Assembly: GCA_000934665.2 (NCBI GenBank)
Contig: KZ537958.1
Span: forward strand, 186,001-241,760
Reading direction: 5' to 3'
Length of the DNA: 55,760 nucleotides
Source: Catajapyx aquilonaris
Lineage: Eukaryota
The position numbers and the translations under genes were made by a program. Positions within the stretch are counted from its first letter, which is position 1. Each line of letters begins with the position of its first letter. Of this stretch, positions 1 to 14,500 are shown in pieces. The notes beneath the pieces were generated by a model. That model saw nothing but the letters and a program-made list of their open reading frames with translations, made no database searches and was not told the DNA's origin.

Positions 1-2259
1 TTAGTAGGCCTACCGTACGTTGTCATTTCCAATTCCAATTTGTACAAAACTTACTAAATTATTCACTTGTTTACTATTGTTTTATTTGTTATAATTAGTA
101 TAGACAACATAATTTCAACTATTTTATAATTAGTAATATACACGCACTTGTTATTAATTTTTTACGTACATCACCGCATTTCTCTGTAAGGAATAGTCAG
201 CGATGAAAACGGAGACGCACCGATTATGAACCTTAACACATATTAAATCCATTAAACTAAAACAGCTCGGGAAAACTCAGTCAGTAAAATAAAATCTTCG
301 CATAACCTAACCTAACGTTAGTTTTTATGAACGTACTTGATGTTTCAGTTTCACTTACGTGCAAGAAATCTGTTTTTGTTTGTTTGTTTGTTTGTTTTTT
401 GCCATAATATAAATATTGTCCCTTCCCTGCTGGGGGGGCCTTAATTCGAGACTGTGAGAGTCTGGCAGTTTCTGTCTCGCCAAGCCTTACGGGCCCGATG
501 TTTTCAATAATATTGCTTAGTAATAAGCTTACTTACACTTTAAGCTAACTATCGGCTGGTTCGTGCTGAAGATTTATACACCTGCCAGGAAATAACACTA
601 CCTTGCTTTTGAAGCCCATTATGTTCCCAAGTCCGCGCTGGGTAAATTATTTTCATCTAACATTTACCGTGGTAGTTACCTGAGGTGTAAGTTACCTCCG
701 GTGTCCAAACTACATCAATAACCATCAGGCAGGTTTAGTTACACCCACACATTGTTATCGCCTAGTATTTTAGGCTTTCTAGAGGGGACTAGAATTAACT
801 CATCAAATTGAAACTGTTGTCGTGATTGTCGGCACGGCATGGTGAAGTGACGTCCATGGGTTTTGAAAAATGGCAGTAAAAAAAAGGCTGGCTGGAGGGG
901 ACTAACGCTACGTAATTTCCAGAGTGAAGCATGCAACCTGTCGCATGACCAACTCGGTTACCCGCCGCGACAGTTGCACGATACGCTGTTTGAAAATGGG
1001 ACCGAACACGTGTTAAGGAGGAAATATAGCCGTTTGGTATTTAGTGGGCCTGTCGGAATATGTTAGCAGCGTTGATTCATGCGCCGCTTGCGTCCAATAT
1101 CACGAGTGCTATTTGATGTTCTGCCTATGGTTTTTAAGCACGGGAAGGGTTTTAATGTATATGGCTGTTTTCCTTTTGGGAGGAAAAAAAATTGTAGCGT
1201 GCGATTTTTCTAATCTTGGAGATTTTTGGTTCTGAACGTACAGCACGCTATGCCTACGTGTGTGATGGTAGGAAATCAGATAATTGTGTTTGTTTTACCG
1301 CTACCTGACGGATTCTGACAGTTTTAATTACCGCTATATCGTAAGCTTGTGGCTTATTGTGCGTCACGTTAACTACCTGTTTGACACTGGAAAAACGTGC
1401 CAATTGCCTCAAGCAAGTGAGGGTCTAGTTAGTTTTGTGGAGTCATTTTGGTTGGTTTCTCATCTTTCCAGTAGCATGTTCTGCTTTCCCATGTTTCTGG
1501 GGTAAACAATTATTTCGCTCTCATCTCCCTGTGTATGGCTAAAGTCATGAGCTGTGTACTGTTTTTATTCAAACTTGCTGCAAATTCGAGTTTATACTCG
1601 AGGGAGTTTACTATGGTTATAGAAAGAGTAACTGTATATTACATGGTGCATTAGCCTGAATTTTTGCTGTCCAGAGTATAGACTTGCATCCCACACATTA
1701 AAAAGGTGCACGTTAATAATTTATAGCTATGAAAATATCAGTATATAAATATATATAGCTTTTCAATAATTTTAGTTGCTATCAGTGTTGTGCACGTTCA
1801 TTTTGCGCCACAGTGATATATTTAATTGACCCACTCTATTATTAACGGCGTGTCAACCTTTTTTTCGCGGGGATATTGACGGGCGACAAAAACTACGGAC
1901 ACTGTCACCGATTCCCTTTTATTTTGGCATCCGTGAAACACGAAATATTAATCGTGTCACTTGAATTAATCAATTAAACAAATAAGCAGCGCTAATATGT
2001 CACCACACCGTCGATGTTAACACCAATCGAACAAACCGAAATAACTGTCACAATAGACCCAATTTGCGTGATGGAAATGCAATTAATATTATTGTGTACC
2101 GACATACACGTTATACATCACTCACATCGTAATAAAAAAGTGTTCAATTTGGCACATACGCCAACAGACCCATCCTGCTGATCAATCGGGCATATCCATT
2201 CTGTCCTTGAAAAGAGGGAAGCGCGTCATAGTGAGCCTCGTTTCTGGTGTATGTTTCAG

Positions 2260-2580
2260 TGTGGGGCTTTCTAATGGACAACCAAGGGCCAGTGTTCATC
2301 AAGGAGCCTCCGTCGCACGTGAACTTCGCCAACAGCACCGGTGCATCGGTCGACTGCCAGTCCCAGGGCAGCCCTGCCCCTGACATCCGATGGGTGTCTT
2401 CGGACGGGAAGCCCATTGGGTCCATCCCAAACCTGAGGGAAGTCTTCCCCAACGGGACACTCCTGTTCCAACCCTTCCAGCCCAGCGCCTACAGGCAGGA
2501 TGTGCATGCCACCACATACAGGTGCATCGCATCCAACCTCATCGGGAAAATCATCAGCAGGAACGTACAAGTCAGAGCAG
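2260..2580 (+). CDS. Dscam: Dscam exon: Ig1
   Basis: tttcag| acceptor, |gtacgg donor, 321 nt, phase 1-1; QGPVFIKEPPSHVNFANSTG...YRQDVHATTYRCIASN. Confidence 0.93.
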
Positions 2581-5500
2581 GTACGGTCCTGAATAGTCCC
2601 CCCCAGGTTGAGTGGTCCCCCCAAAAAAACGGATTTGGCCAAGAAAAGAGCACAGGGTTAGTAGAAAGCACTCGACTCTGCGCAACGGGGGCTACGGATT
2701 ATGCACATAATCCCAGATTTTACTTTCCACTTTGGTGTTCGGTTAATCGCTCGTCACAGCGGCTATAGCTATAGCTAGACCCCCTCCACCAACTTTTTTT
2801 TCGGTCTAATAGGGAACGACATGAAAGTATAGACGACTTGCCTTGTGCTGTCTTTTCTCGCTTGTTTCACATGATGAGGTTTGAATAATACATGGAAAGT
2901 GGAGCATCGGTTCCTACGCTCAGCTTTGGATGGGACCGCTTTTCTGCTCGAAATTTTGGCCCAGACCAGTTTGGCCTTGCTAACTTTTCGCGGGTTGGGT
3001 TCGGAAAGTAAAGTAAGCTGCTTTATTTTATTTTTTGAGCTCTTTTTTTTTTGATGAAGTTTCGGCCAAGTACTTGGTGAAGTAACGCGGAGATCACCTG
3101 AGGCTGTTTTAATAATTTAAGTATAAAGCAGCTTTAGGAAAACAATGTTGCTCATAACGTTATTAAATTCCGGATTCCCAAGAGAGCAGAATTCAATGCC
3201 CGTCAAAAGCTTTGGAGAGCAAGCAGCTTATTTTTCGGGTACATAAAACTCATCATTACTGTTTGGAAGATACTGAAGCATACTTTGGAGAAGCCAGTCT
3301 TTGATGTTTAAAGAACTTCAGTATGTAGAAAAATGAATTATCTGTACCCAGTATTAATAGATTATATTCAAAATATGCAGAAGTATGCTGTAAACATTGT
3401 AAGTAATTAATTTTAATGTAAGTAACATTTCTCCATGTAGCCACATAAAAAGTACAGTATGAAACTACAGTAGGCAATAATATCTTTTAAAAATAAATTT
3501 CGATGCACTGTCATTGTTTTTAATGCAAACTGACCATTCTTGTTAATTTATTTTACAAGTTTCATTCAATTTCACACAATGGCATGCAGCCCAGTAGCAG
3601 GATATATACACGTCACACAGTTACAGATGGATTTATTATAATTTATAGCAATGTCACTTGAACAGTAGGCTTACGGCGCCAATATATTTGAATACTCCTG
3701 ACTGCTGGATCAGGCCGGACCCGGACCTACACGCTTCGCATTAAGCAGTTTTAAATTTTAAATGACTTGCATTATTCATGCGGTTGAAAACTAATGACAG
3801 CTAATTATTCCAATTTGCAGCTTCATGCGGCGCGTCATTAAGATCCGATGTTGAATAGATTTTTTTTTGCCAGCCTGCCTGGGGGGTCACGTGCACGGTA
3901 GCCCTGTCAGGTAGTTTGGCAAATAAAGTGTGCAATTAACATTAAACGCAGGTAATTAGCAGTCGGTAATTGTAGGATAATTGTGGGCAGCAGCAGTCTT
4001 CCGTTTGTATACACTGTTGGCGCAAACTCCACGTTATTTCATGCAGTATTAGCTGAGGAAAAATCGCAGTAGCAACTGGGAATTTAATACCGTTATTTAT
4101 TGATCAAAAGAGCACAGGCGCTTAATCCGGTTGAATCCACACACTGCTTTTCGACATGATATACCCCCTCTAAAATTATAGCATCTGTGCCACTATCCGC
4201 TCTCTGCTATATTTTTTTTTCCAAAAAAAAAAAAAAAAAAACTCGCTCGCTCTCTGGCTCTGCGGCGTGTAATTCGGCGGAGATAATACACAATCTCGTC
4301 GAGGCCAGAAACGTTTAAAGGCTTCATTAGAGGAACGCTAGCGCAGAAAGGAGAGTCGGTGGGTTGAAAAGCCCCGGACTCTGTTCGTGCCTATTTTGGG
4401 AGCAGTTGGAGAACTGAAAATGGCCTGTACCATGCTGTAAGTTGAATCCCGAAAGCTAGAGTCCAGCACATAATTTTTTAGCTGGATTTTTTTTTTTTCA
4501 TCATGCGCATGAATGTTCAAAGATGAGCATGGCGTGTCAATTTTGTCTTAATTTCCGGTCCGTAATAACTGTGGGGTCAGACTCTCATTACTCAAAGTCG
4601 CGCTAGTAACCGGATGAAAATCTGGGCATGAGCACAATACGGCCCCAGCAGCCTCTATTCCTGGCTTGGAGAAATGGAATCCCGCTCTCTGTCCAAAACA
4701 ATGGAATGACATTTCGGATTGGCTCCGGCAACGAGCCGGATTAACAATTCAGCAAGCCCCTGCAGAGAGAGAGGGGAAACTAAAAGGTACAGTTTGGGGA
4801 GAGTCCATGTTGGACCCCTCCCCGTCTGTTATGAAGGACCTCATGAGATATTCATGGAAGGTTTGAAGCAGCCGTAATTGTGGGTAGCAAACAATTACAA
4901 CGGATGAGGAATATGCATACATGTTCACTGTAGGCTAATTATTCATGTACCGATTCAGGAGGCGGTATGTTGTGATCAACAAATAACCGTCTACAGCAAT
5001 GACCATTGTTCAGATGTACTGACTTGTAGACAGACCATTGTTCAGATGTACTGACTTGAAAATAGTACATCACGATGTACCGATTCATGTACCGACTTGG
5101 ATCAACAAGGCAGTACCATCTGCGAGTACGACGGTATCGTCGGTATATATGAATACTAGTGATGTACCATTTTCATGTCATTACATCTGAACGATTGGCT
5201 GTCTACAAGTCAGTACTGTAGACGGTACTAAAAATACCACCTCCAAGTCGGTACATGAATCGGTAACATGTGTCACGTGCAGACTTTCATTCTGAATTTT
5301 ATACAGCACAGTTACTGTACCACACACTGAGTTTTGAACCAGGCACTTTTGTTGGGTCCTTATTTCAGTTGTGATGCAATACTACGAGCTCCAAGTGTAC
5401 AACCAGAACGTCCTGAGGGGCAACGCGGCCATTCTGCGCTGCAACGTTCCAAGCTTCGTCCGTGATTTTATCACCGTTGAGTCCTGGATTCAGGACTCCA

Positions 5501-8500
5501 TCTTCAACATTTATCCCAGCGCTACTGGAGGTGAGTCGTTGGACGCCTGGTTTTACTGTACTGTTGGGGTTATATTCTGAGCTGGGCTTGGGCTGTCAAG
5601 AAGGTGCTTGGGGAAGAAGAAAAAAAAGTTACAGATAGGACGAGGAACCCGCTGAGACGTGGTCAAGAGCATTGCCCCTGCCTCGGTTGTGTTGTGAGTT
5701 TAGAGGTTGCTTCTAAATGTAACTGTCAAATATATTTGAAAAACTTGGGAAATCACACTATTTCATAAAAACAATTTGTAACTTCATGTAGTGAGTGAAA
5801 AGCAAAATCCGTTACTTCTGAAATTTTTTGCGTTACTCCACATCACTTCTTGAGGAGAGATAGGCCCTGTCAATCTCTCCTGTCTAAACCAAAAGGCAAG
5901 TAATTAAACTTTCTCGCCAAAATTAATGATAGGGACCAACATCGTAGACTGATACTGTACCTATTTTTGACATGAGTTCATTGACGCTATCAAGTATGTG
6001 CAGTACTATCGCATAATTATTTTTGTAAGCGGACTTTGTGATTTATTAGAACCTTGGTAATTCCCTTCTGTAATTATAATAATGACTTGTACTGTAATTT
6101 CTCTGCTTTATGAAACGTCTCTAAAAGCAAGTGAAATCACAATGTTCTCATCCGACGCGCCACTAATCCTGCAGACAAAATGCCCCTTGAAGAAACTTTG
6201 CACTGTTTCGGCTGCCTGTATATTCCTGTCGTTGCAATTAGCCCACGGCATAAAGTTTGTTCAGCACATCCTCTGTACCTGTATGATGGCAATTTCGCAA
6301 TGTGGTTAGCTGTTTGTTGCTGTTGATCAGGGACGCCCAATGCGGCCAGGTTGTGGGTCGCACAACCCTCGCATGTGATCAACACTAACAGGCCAAAACA
6401 TCCAAAAAGCCATGTCCATATGTACCAAAAAAATCTGGAGGTTACACCGCATCTGCATAGCCCCCAATCATTTCGCAATTTTGCTAATTTCCCCCTAAAA
6501 TGCACTCCCAATTTTGCCAGAACCGGATTCAGCAAACCTACCCAGCAACACAGTACATATATCGGGAGAGAGGAGGAGCTTGGCTTGACTTCGAATTTCA
6601 ATACTCCATGTGCCCTTGCTGGGGGAAGGGCAGAGAGCAAGAGAATGGATACAGGCTTGACGTTATTTCCGCACTAATAAATTCCACGCCTATATGATTA
6701 AGGTCGACTCGCAAACCATTATCAGACAGGGTATCACCGCAGCTGCCACGTTGGGGAGGTCGCCCTGGCATTCAAATGCAATCAGCGTCACGTAATGATT
6801 GATGACAATTCGGAGCGTAAACATCCGAGGAGAAATTTGAGCCTTCACTATAAAAGCGATTGTTGAGTTGGGGACACAAAGCACAAACCTGTATGTCAAG
6901 TTTTCGACATGTCGAATGAAATATGCGCAATATCACTTTTTGATACATCGAATTGGATTCGATATTTTTGCCGCATGTTTCGATATGAATATTCTGATGG
7001 GCATGACCGAACGAATTACTTCTCATTACTGGGTACTGAGCAATCCATTCTTAAGAACGAGTGTCCTTGGTGCTTGGACTTGTGCGCAACGTGTCTGGAT
7101 ATGTGCGTTCAGGTCGATTACCTCCAGCGCTTCAAGCTGTGCCTCATAAAATCCTCATAAGCCTTGTATTGTAAGTCGCGCGATGCGAGTTGGGTGGGGG
7201 AAAAAATGTCATAAAAAGCGGTTCTCATCACAGCAGCGCCCAACAATTCAAGTTGGAACGAAATTAATTTCTAGCTTTTTTTATTAGGCATGTGGCGTAA
7301 TGAGCAAACAGGAAACGTAATATGCTTTTTCAAAAGGGGAGGAAATTGAGTTGAAGCAATTTGAACGTGGCGTGAATTGGGAATATTACGCACTGAAAAC
7401 CTGGAAGCCAACTACATATTTTATTAAAGTAAATGTGGCTCCAGTTTACGCAATAAATCTGAATTTTAGGGTCCGGTAATAATAAATATGTGTTCTGTGT
7501 GAAAAATTTTCTGAGAAAGTGGCAAAAAAGTGGACAATATCGTTAACTTTCCCACTTTTCCATTTTAAAAAAAAGTTTACTGGCAACGATGCAACCAGAC
7601 TTTAATGTGAGAAAATGGCTGAAACGACCACCTCAGCCGTAACATCCTGCATCAAAACTTTGCCTGATTACTCAACCCAGCAACCTTTGTAACTGCATTC
7701 AACCCAACTTTATGGCACATTTACACTCAACTCTCAATACGAACTGCTTTACTGGTCAGCCACTTTTCCAACCCTCCACAATTCAGGTCCAAGAAGCCGG
7801 AAAAATTAGGCCATGGCACAGTCCCCAGGCCGTGTATTTGCCCGAGTGCGTGAAACAGAGCCATGAAACTTTTTGGCCAAGCCCAAGTTGCATGTGCCTA
7901 GAGGGAATACAAGCGAGGCCTCGTAATGAGAGGATGGAATGAAGGGTCTGGACGCGTCGCATGAGGCCCTGGGACTTGGGTCTTCGTCTTCCGCAATGCT
8001 ACAACACAGCTTCCGGATCCGACGCCAAATGAGATTGAAACAAGTGTGCCTTCTGGGAGTTCCTCTGGAAAACAAAAAAGTACTGGCCGCTGAAGGAAGG
8101 ATTCACTGCCAGTTTGGTACATTTATAGTACATGTAGAGTGCAAGCCGTTGGGGGATGGTTAGTTTCCCTGAGAGAAAATGGATTTGGGGGGAGGGGGGG
8201 GGGGCGACGCTCAGGTCCACTTCTTCCCAATTAATTATGCACAGCGACGCCCACTTGCGTCCATTCCGAGCGCACTTCAACCTCTCCCCTCACTCTTATA
8301 TACACACGAGCTGCGGAATGTACAGTCCATGGCCCCAAGGACACGTCCTCAGGTCTGGAGTGCCCATAGGCGATAACGCCAGTTTATTTTTGGTGGCTCG
8401 AGAGGGACATACTGTTCGCATACACATGACGTCATATGAGCATAATCAACATCCTAATCATGACAGGCATAGAAATCCAGATTAAAACTAGCCCTAACAG

Positions 8501-11500
8501 CCATTAAAAATTAGTTTTGAACATGTAAGGTTTGAATCCGGTTTTTGTGGGGGGGGGGGGGAGTTTTTTTTTTTTTTTAAAAAAAAAAAAAAGCACACTC
8601 CATCGCATGCGAATTTGTGCTCGGCCGGGTTTATTGAGCTCTATCGGAGCGTAACTCTCGGGGTATGATAAAGTGAGAGCCAAATTAATACGCGGCTGGG
8701 TTTTAATGTCAGAGCGAAATGTCCGAAGAATCGCGCGTTAAAAGGAGCATTTTGAACCCTATTTGTTTTACGCTGGATTCCATCCCTGATTTTTGCACGC
8801 AAAAAATTGAAAAAAAATCCACTGCCGGATGATATTAACGGGTTCTGAAAATAGTGAGGCAGACAAATGGTTTCAGGCTAGTTTGTCAGCAGGAGGGGGA
8901 TGGAAAATGATGTTCTCTCGTTGTTTTCCCATCACGAAAGCAAATGCTCGACTTGTGGTGACAGCTCCAACTCGGAAGCTTTCATTTCCTTCCTTTTTTT
9001 CTCTCTCTCTCTATAGGAAGACAATGCATCACAGAGTTTCTCGAAATGCTCCGATTGCCTTGTCTGACGAAAAACAAACCCGCAGGTAATTCTAAAATCC
9101 ATTCCGCAGTGGGTAGGGAAGGGGTCTGGGAGGTACTCTTGAAAAGTTTGAGCCGACAGATGCCATCTTGGGCAAGACGGGACTCTATATCAACAAGAAA
9201 AGCCTCTTACGTCCTTAGGAGACGAGAATCTACTTATCATCAAACTACTTCCGAGAATTAGGTTTTGGCAAGGAGAAAGGAACGAGGAAGGAGGGAAGAA
9301 AAGGGGGAGGGGGGAGGGGAAGGATGTCGTCAGCTCGTTTCAGACTGAAAAGAACGAGGTGCGCCAAAATTGAGCGAGTATATTGCTCAACTGCATCGGA
9401 AATGTAGGGCCATCGTTCACATGACACAGCCTGGAAATGTTTAAAGGGCAGCTACAAAGTGCCAGTGCAGCATATTGCATGGCCAGAGATTGGCAGGGGG
9501 GCTGGAGTAACGTGCTGTAACTCTGAAGTAACGAGGCTAACGGTGTTTCTGATATGTAATAATACGAAAAGTGCCCATGTTGCGCATATTTTTATTAATA
9601 CCTTTCGGACAAACCTTTCCTCATTCTCTTTTTGAGGTGAAAAAATCATTTTCCAGTATTAAAAAATATGTATTGTGACATGGGGTCAAAAATACCCCAT
9701 CTCAAAACTGAGTGCATTGTTGCTGACCATCCATTCTAGTTGTCCCACAAAAGTTGGCAACGCCGTATTCAACCTACAACATGCGATTGTTGTTTATCGA
9801 TGGACCTGTCCAAAAAATGACGGCGAACACAATTCCCTTTCACGTTAGGATCAAAGCATGCCGGGGTATTGTTATTATGTAAAAAAAAAACCAAGCACAT
9901 GTTTGCATCTCATTCCCAAATTACAAACCCACTCTCGCCATTTACCAAGCTCTTCCATTTGGAGTTTGCGAGGGGCTGATCCGCTGCAAAACGCATCTTT
10001 CAGGGTAAAAAAGAAAAGGCACTTTGGCAAGGAAGAGAGAGAGAGAGAGAGAGGCGAAACTATTGATAAGGAAAACCTTTTTTCCTTCCTCCCCTTAAGG
10101 AAGTTACACCTTTGATGTGGCAAGGGAGAGAAAGGGAGGATGGTGCTTTGTGCTGAGGCATAGCCCGAGAGAAAGCGAGCTAGGATAATGCTTTCCGACA
10201 GACAAAGTTGTTCTTTAGCCAACCTTTGTCTCGGGGCCGACTTTTATTTAATTTATTCCCGTCCAAAAAAGGGAGGAAAAGAATCGATATCACTGGCCAT
10301 TTCTTTTCCTCCAGCAGCTACGATGGACCATGGCCACAGGGGAAAGGTGCCTGGTGACACTCGAGTGTGCTGTATCAACTTCACCGCCACCAGAAAATAT
10401 ATACCTCCCTGTAGTATACAGATCCGACAAGGGACACTGAACTGGAGAACCCGAAAAATATTTTGTTGCCGAAAAATAGAGTAGGAACGCGGCTGTAGAT
10501 AGTTGCAAGTTTAGAAACTCATTACTGCTGCGCACTTAATGAATTGGAGTAGTTGGAAAGTTTTCATGAGAAAACATTTTGTCGTTATTGCAACGTCCCT
10601 AGGGTGGAAAATTTAAGACCTGATTTTTTTTGTGTGCAACTGTAGTGCGTTGACAAGCCGTAAATTCCTGGACGATACCGCCGGAACTTTGTGCGAGATT
10701 TATTTCCCTACCGTGAACTCTCCCCCAAACAGGACAAGCCCAGGAGTTTATATCGGACAATAGAAAACCGCAGCTAAACCCTGTAAGATACGCCTGGTAT
10801 CGCACGAGGAATCTGCATGTCCCAGATAAAACTGGCTCGTTTTTTTTCTTTCGCATTGTTCGGTTCTTTATACGTTTTTTTGGGGCTGCTGCCGGAGATA
10901 ATATGCAAATTTGGAAGAAGGCCTATTGCGTCGAAAGTGATTTCTTAGGAGGCGTTAAAAGTTTTAAGAGCGGTTTTCTTTCTACTTACGAGGTCGTCTT
11001 CGTTTGAGGCTGCAGACAGTAAAGACCTGGGCTTTTGGATCGATGCGCTATTGCGAAGGATTTACCTTTTTTGGGAGCCGGCTCGGACCATCTCGATCAG
11101 CAGGCGACAAAGACAGAAGAGATCACGTTCGCTTTTTATGAGCTCTTTTGTGGCTAACTGCAATCCACTTGCTCTGCCGAGGGGCTTTTAAGAGTTGGGG
11201 CTGAGCTGGGCTAAATAGCTATTTTTCTTCAGAAGAAAAAAACTGGAGATTCCCTGGACACACGCTGACCTCACATAATATGGCAGTATTTCGTTCCTTC
11301 TCTGGGATATACTGGCACATACCCGAGTTTATCTCTAGAAAGATGAAATTGGAAACCATACTTTGCCACTCTGCTTAGGAGGATTTGCGGAGATGGGATA
11401 TATTTTTGACAGAGGGGTTTCCTTCTTTTTTATATTTCCAGACGGGAAATACCACATGCTGCCTTCTGGAGAACTGCATATCAGAAATGTCGATACCAGT

Positions 11501-14500
11501 GACAGTTATCGAACATATCAATGCCGAGGAGTGCACACGTTAACGGGAGAGATACTTCTCAGCTCGACGAGAGGAAGACTCACAGTCAGAGGTGCGCTCT
11601 TCTCTCTCATATTACCATTACTTATGCATTAGTTTGGCGGCGCGCTGAATCCTGCAACTTTTAGCAAGAAGGTGTGAGTGTCAACAAACTCCACTAGCGC
11701 ATTAAAGAGTCATTAATTTGCCACCTTTTGCCATAAATATTGGAACGGGCATGTGTGAATTTCCGCCACCGACGGTCTCTTTTTAGTTCTTATTCAACAT
11801 AGTCCTTTGTTGGAGGTAATAGCTAATGAGGTTTATTTTCAGAACCTAGAGAGAGCGTTTCGGCCAGGGTGTTGGAGAAGCAGCATACCGTCAAGGTTCG
11901 TAAGGATCAGCTTGTTGTTCTGCCATGCGCTGCTGAAGGCTATCCACCTCCTACGTACAAGTAAGTAATTTTTAGTGTAGGACTTTGCATGCCCGGTATA
12001 TACGGGCAAGGCCACGTGGAGCTAGGCCTAGCGCGTGGAGCCAGGCCTAGCTAGGCCTAGCTCCATATGGAGACGCCACACAGTGTATACATAAACTAAG
12101 TTCATCAACCTGAATATGTAAATCTGAATGATGCGATTGGCCCCTGACATCCACAGCGCAGGCGCGTAATCAGGTAATCTGACATAAATCTGCTTTAAAA
12201 TTGCTTAATTTGTGAAGCAAATCGAACCGAGTTCTCATCCCGCACATCCAGGGAAAGGATAACCTGGGAAAGCTACTGAAATCTAATAAATATGGAAATG
12301 TCTCCCAGAAAAGCGATAGTGCATTCCGGCAGAGCCTACCCATGTTCCCTTCGATGTTACACCCTTTTCTTGAGCTGAGAGAGAGAGGAAGGCAGAAGAC
12401 TATTCCCGAAGGCTGCCGGCGGCTTTCAAACCTTCCGCGTCCCGGACTCATTTTTCAGCTTAATTAACTCGGCCCGCTTCCCAATTTTGAATAGGTGCCC
12501 CGAGGACAAGGAGACGAGCACAAAAGGAAGAGCAGGGATGAGGAAAGGCAAAAGAGGAATAGCGAACAACGGGAGTGCAGATTTTGACATCGTCTGCTCC
12601 CAGAAGCTATATAGCTTTTTAGTTTCCTACCAAAAAAATTTTTTTGAGAGGAAGAGCCGAAAAAAGTTTTCCTCTTAGTTGAGGTGAACTGCCAGTGCCT
12701 GCGAGGGATACCGTGGAACATGTTTGGAACATGCCTTTTTAGAGACTTGGCCCAGACTTGTTAGGAACAATATGGGGAGTCCTTAAGTCTGATTCTAGAT
12801 TAGATACACGTCGTTTTGTTTAACCGAGGCGGGTTCATTCCGAGTTATTTAGTCATTTAGGAAGCCATTTTTTTCGGATGTGTATCAAGGTAAAAGAGCT
12901 TCATCGGCTTCATCTCTTTATCGGAACAAGTTACGGAGTTAACTTACCCTGCTTTAGTGCAACATTGCCCTATCTGAGTTTAACGTTTAATGTCACCATA
13001 TAGTGTGGGGCTCATACTTGGCCAGAAAAGTAACCAGAAAGACATTTGTGGTGTGTTTCATTGTTGAGATCACATTCGCATCAATTTCTGTGAACTCAAC
13101 TTCAAATTTGGCATGTAATTATACCGGATATGGATAGTAATCAGAGTATGAGTCCACGTTGATGCCAATATTTTGCATAAAATAAAACGAAATCATAGAA
13201 GAAATAGCTTTGGATAGCATACATTGTAGAGGTAACGAACATTATTTGTACGCTCTCAAAATATCTGTTGGGTTAATATTTTTGTAGACAATACGATTGT
13301 GGACCACTCATTCGTAATTACTTGACAAAATAATGTAGCTCCAGTTACTCCCTGGCCCGAAGGATTCAAAGTGCGGTTGGCAATCTCGTTTAATATTCAT
13401 CCGCACAATTTTTTAACATTCATTTTGCAGGTGAAGTTCACATAATAGGGCTGCACTCTGCTATGCATAAAAATGCAAATTCCGTCGGGGCACCTGCAGA
13501 TATGGGAATGACATTTCGGGAAGTGAGTTTTTGCCGATAAAATGTTTTTCAGACACCCTCCCCCCCTTAAAATTGTATTATCCTCAACTTCACTCATAAA
13601 TACCTAATTTCGGTGTTTGTAATCCGCTTGCCAGTGTCAAAGGGGACGAAAAACGAAAAATTCTGAGCAGCAAGGCCCAGGACAGGTAATTAAATACGGA
13701 AGTACCGAGATAAATACAAGTGCCCCCTGGCATACCTGTCATAATAATGAATGCGTATGTAATTATTTCAGAGGATGGAGGGAAACGCATGCGAGAGTGC
13801 TGTGCTGGTTTTGTGTTTACAAATTTAACGCGCATTCTGTGCGCTGCTTTTGCGTAATTCTGCTGTCCAGACCTGAATCAATGCACGTGCCACTGAGGTA
13901 GCTAATTACTGTAGTGAAATGTTTATATGCTTAAATGAGTAAATAGCGCTGCTTGTTTACGCTATTAGGTCTCCTTCCCGGTGCCTGGTTGTTGTACAAG
14001 CTGCCACAGCAAGTGATATCCAAGGGATAACACTGATTTTCTTTACTCTGGATATTTACTCGCCAAACATTTCGCCCAGTCCAAATCACCCCCCCCCCCT
14101 CATCCCAACCCCAGCAGTTTTATTGGCATTTTATTAATGAGATTGTGAAATATTCATATCCGGATTACAAAGTAGACCTAATTATCACACATAATAGTCG
14201 CCGGACGTATGGAATTCTACCTGTTGCTGGGCTATGTCCAAACCAACGAGGGGATATAAGGTTATAGTCATGGCACAAACTTTGTTGGTCATGGTCTATT
14301 ACCTTTTGTCCGCTGTATTATTTCTGAAAACAAAATCCTATTATTGCATCATTGTCAGCCTGTGGGTTTATCTCATTTATCTCCCGTTTTGCCTTTGATC
14401 GCGTTACTCCCCGTTGTACAATTGTTTGGGCACATAATTTTGCACCGTACATGTTGTGTGCCAGGTACATTATTCAGCCGAATTATTATATAAACAGTAT

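Noticed and set aside
1..2259. Signal-peptide or first exon and promoter of Dscam
   Set aside because: No convincing ATG plus hydrophobic leader with a phase-1 donor; the first exon probably lies upstream of the window.
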